Positions 61,801 through 64,000 of a stretch of 64,000 nt of DNA are shown in pieces (position 1 is the first letter of the stretch; each line of letters begins with the position of its first letter). The DNA comes from Pocillopora damicornis (Eukaryota), in NCBI RefSeq assembly GCF_003704095.1, contig NW_020846526.1, forward strand, positions 1 through 64,000. Reading direction: 5' to 3'. Made by a program: the position numbers and the translations under genes. The notes beneath the pieces are model-generated. The model saw only the letters and a list, made by a program, of their open reading frames with translations. It did no database searches and had not been told where the DNA came from.

Positions 61801-62667
61801 GCTCGTTTCGGCGCAATACGCCCAGGTATGGAATAATAAGACGCGCTCAGCGAACTATGTGTTATGGCATGCTACGATATCAAACAAAAACAAAAAAAGC
61901 CAACCAGGATCACCTTCAATACTCAATTGAATACTACTCTATTCCGAAGTTTCTGATTTGGATAATGTTTTTCCTTCATTGTATTTTTCAGCACCAAAAG
62001 GCTCTGACATTTGTCCCACAAGAGAAATTAAGATCAAGCCTGACTCGCCAGAAACAATGAAAGGAGCGCTTTATTCACCAAATTTTCCCAACTTTTATCC
62101 AAACGACCAGAGCTGCACATTAACTTTGGACGTACCTGATAACTACAAGGCTGTTGTCACGTTCCAGAAGTTTGCTTTGCAATGTAAGAACAATTCCTGC
62201 TTTGTTATCAGTATGTTAAAAACTTTGCAACGAGTATTTTTCCTGAAAAAAACTTAGCAAGTTTCTCATATATATGTTATCGTTTTGCTCCGTAGATTCT
62301 GAGACGTGCGATTTTGACAAGTTAGTGGTTAGTGACGAGAGCGACAGTGATACACAGTGCGGGGGGGGCGCAGACCGGCTCCCTCCTTTAATAGAGAAAA
62401 AAGGAAGAGAAGTCAAGTTTTCTTTCACCACTGATAGTTCAACAACATCAACAGGATTCCAGTTGGAGTATAACATCACTCGTCTTGAAGAAGGTGAAAT
62501 ACCGGTATTTAAACGTGTATTACTGGAAAGGTTCGTCTGCGATCTAAGCTGCGTAGCAAGGGCTTGCATGGCAAAGCACACCAGTAGCACACTCGTGGGC
62601 CGGCTTCTGCGCGCGTGACTTGACACTTTTCATTGTCTGCGGTCAAGTACATTTTCTTTTGCCTGGG

Positions 62668-62702
<35 letters not shown>

Positions 62703-63500
62703 ATAACGAGGATTTTGTTTGTGACTAAAAGAATTTACCTGATCCCCTATTGAACTCTGAAGTATTCTAACGATCTCCCCTCATTGGGGAGTTGGGTTGT
62801 TCATGATCAGTTGCGCATGGTGGTTATGCGCAAATACCAATATCAAAAATCTATGTAGGTGGTATAATTATATTTTATAGCATAGTATTTACCGCCTCAT
62901 GAAAAAAACTTTTAAATAGACGTGAAAAACTACTGTAGATCAAGTTCATTTTATAACAGTACAACTACTGATCTTATTCAAGTGCAACTTTCGCTTTGAA
63001 TACATGTTTTCTATATTCTGCAATATCAACAATTGACTCTATCAGAGAAGCGCAGCCTGTATAGCCAGGCTCCTTAAGGGAGTAAGAAAAGAGAGGCTGG
63101 AGTGTGATAGGGATGAAAAAAGCTCTCATGTATCTACAGTTCCACCTTCATACTCTGACTGACTTCTCTTCCGCCCTCCCCCCCGGAAATCATGTGATCT
63201 CAAAGAAAATCCCCCGACCCCCCCCCCCCCCCCCCCCCCCCCCCCTGCGATAAATAATGACAGATTCCTAAATTTTTGTTGGCTGAACAGGTCGGTGTGT
63301 GTGTACCACAGGATTGGGTTATACAACCATTGCAAACTTCAAACCAAGAAATGACAGAAAGCACGATGATATCCGCTTTGAGTTTAAAAGTACTCAATCG
63401 AGTGGAATGATCATGTATGCCAAAGGATACTACAAGGATTATATTTACATTGGTTACAAGGATAGCAATGTTTTTATGTACCACATTGAGCTGGGCACAG
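58891..63500 (+). CDS. Secreted CUB-CUB-laminin G protein, 3' end beyond the window
   Basis: Exons: 58891-58948 (signal peptide MTKRIFLCLSLVALVDQIMG), 60125-60298 + 60861-61052 (CUB1: SPNFPDAYP, CNYDAV, YCG, FKSDES..KGF), 61992-62183 + 62296-62493 (CUB2: SPNFPNFYP, CDFDKL, FTTDSS..TGF), 63291-63500 (LamG start). All introns are phase 1 GT-AG. Confidence 0.9.
59787..59872. repeat. 18-bp minisatellite, about 4.8 copies
   Basis: (GTTCTTAAATGATGAAAC)n, intronic. Confidence 0.95.
60408..60619. mobile_element. 212-bp TTAA-flanked MITE
   Basis: TTAA-CCCTTAAACTCCCAAGATCT...GTAGTTAGGGGG-CTAA; same length as, and collinear with, 57368-57579. Confidence 0.8.
61082..61263. mobile_element. CpG-rich palindromic MITE-like element
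   Basis: ACACCTTTGGTCGACTCGCC (61110-61129) against GGCGAGTCGACCAATGGTGT (61201-61220) is 19/20 complementary; the ends are GTCAC.../...GTGAC. Confidence 0.75.
61390..61812. repeat. Pentamer-based satellite (GTACG/ATACG/GTTCG) with a roughly 35-bp higher-order unit
   Basis: Recurrent GGTATGTTTCGGTACGATATGGTACGGTTCGGTACGATAC-like units inside the CUB1-CUB2 intron. Confidence 0.92.
62669..63245. repeat. Opposed homopolymers G33 (62669-62701) and C28 (63218-63245) in one intron
   Basis: Counted directly; both runs are followed on their own strand by a GGATTTT(G/C)TTTG motif. Confidence 0.85.
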
Positions 63501-63511
63501 GTACCTAAGCC

Positions 63512-63705
63512 TTAATCCTTTACACCCTAACATCAGTATGCATAATCTCCATTCTGTTCTCTATACATTCCCTAAGGAGCTGATAAGGAGAATTTGTTTG
63601 ATAATCAAGAGCTTCTTTAGTAGGTGATTAGTTCCGTTACTCTCGTGACCCTAACATGTGTTTCATGGGTGATACTGTAAGGAGATTTTTAGATGCTAGT
63701 CACTT
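63512..63705. mobile_element. TTAA-ended MITE, reverse-complement relative of 24850-25057
   Basis: TTAATCCTTTACACCCTAACATCAGTATGCAT...CTGTTCTCTATA mirrors TATAGAGAACAG...ATGCAAACTGATGCTATGGTGT at 25004-25047. Confidence 0.8.
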
Positions 63706-63836
63706 TTTTAGCATTTTTCAGCATTGTCCAGTTTGAAAGTGTGGATGGCTGTTTATGAAGGAGTACTGAGTTAAAGAAACTTTCATGCTACTTCGGTGGT
63801 AGGGGGGGGGGGGGAATTACAAGATCGTTTGTTTTT

Positions 63837-63999
63837 AATGTAAACTAGCCACCGTGAAGTGTTTATAAAACTGACGTTTCGAGCAATAGCACAGTGCTAG
63901 GTTGAAGAGTAAGAGGCTAACGCTCGAGACGTCAGCTTCACAAAACTTTTTACGGTGGTCAATTTTTACATAATAACTCATGCGTCATGATCAGTTGAC
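63837..63999. mobile_element. Palindromic Penelope-related repeat (decayed hammerhead arms)
   Basis: CTGACGTTTCGAGC (63871) pairs with GCTCGAGACGTCAG (about 63922); the outer arms are CCACCGT/ACGGTGG. Confidence 0.7.
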
Positions 64000-64000
64000 A

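Noticed and set aside
61303-62060. ORFs of 210, 132, 82 and 65 aa rich in YG/VR/GT
   Set aside because: Translations of the GTACG satellite inside an intron.

Overview
Eukaryotic (animal) genomic DNA: AT-rich, spliced GT-AG genes, scaffold gaps at 3653-3752, 15043-15142, 16412-16511, 30672-30771, 42020-42119 and 59212-59221. The domain and repeat content suggests a cnidarian, probably a stony coral; this is inference, not proven. Contents in order: (1) an orphan 239-aa ORF (395-1114, -) with a TAZ-like Cys/His knuckle; (2) two paralogous polycystin-1-like (PKD1L) genes in divergent orientation, copy A on - (7729-15042) and copy B on + (16600-27490; FN3-EGF-REJ-GAIN/GPS-PLAT-multi-TM channel), with a gap-bounded contig between them (15143-16411) that probably holds the mis-oriented 5' exons of copy A; (3) three + strand secreted modular proteins assembled here by hand from splice sites and largely missed by the ORF track: SP-acidic propeptide-RQRR-ShKT-ShKT-Gly27-MAM (31580-40714, 322 aa), SP-vWA-LamG (46750-50360, 397 aa) and SP-CUB-CUB-LamG (58891 to past 63500, incomplete). 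The last two share a paralogous 210-nt LamG exon behind different N-terminal domains. (4) Many small repeats: TTAA-flanked MITEs (one with an empty paralogous site), palindromic elements with decayed hammerhead-ribozyme cores, a LINE 3' remnant, TIR elements and satellites. No rRNA, intact tRNA or CRISPR array was seen. All gene models are manual and lack transcript support.
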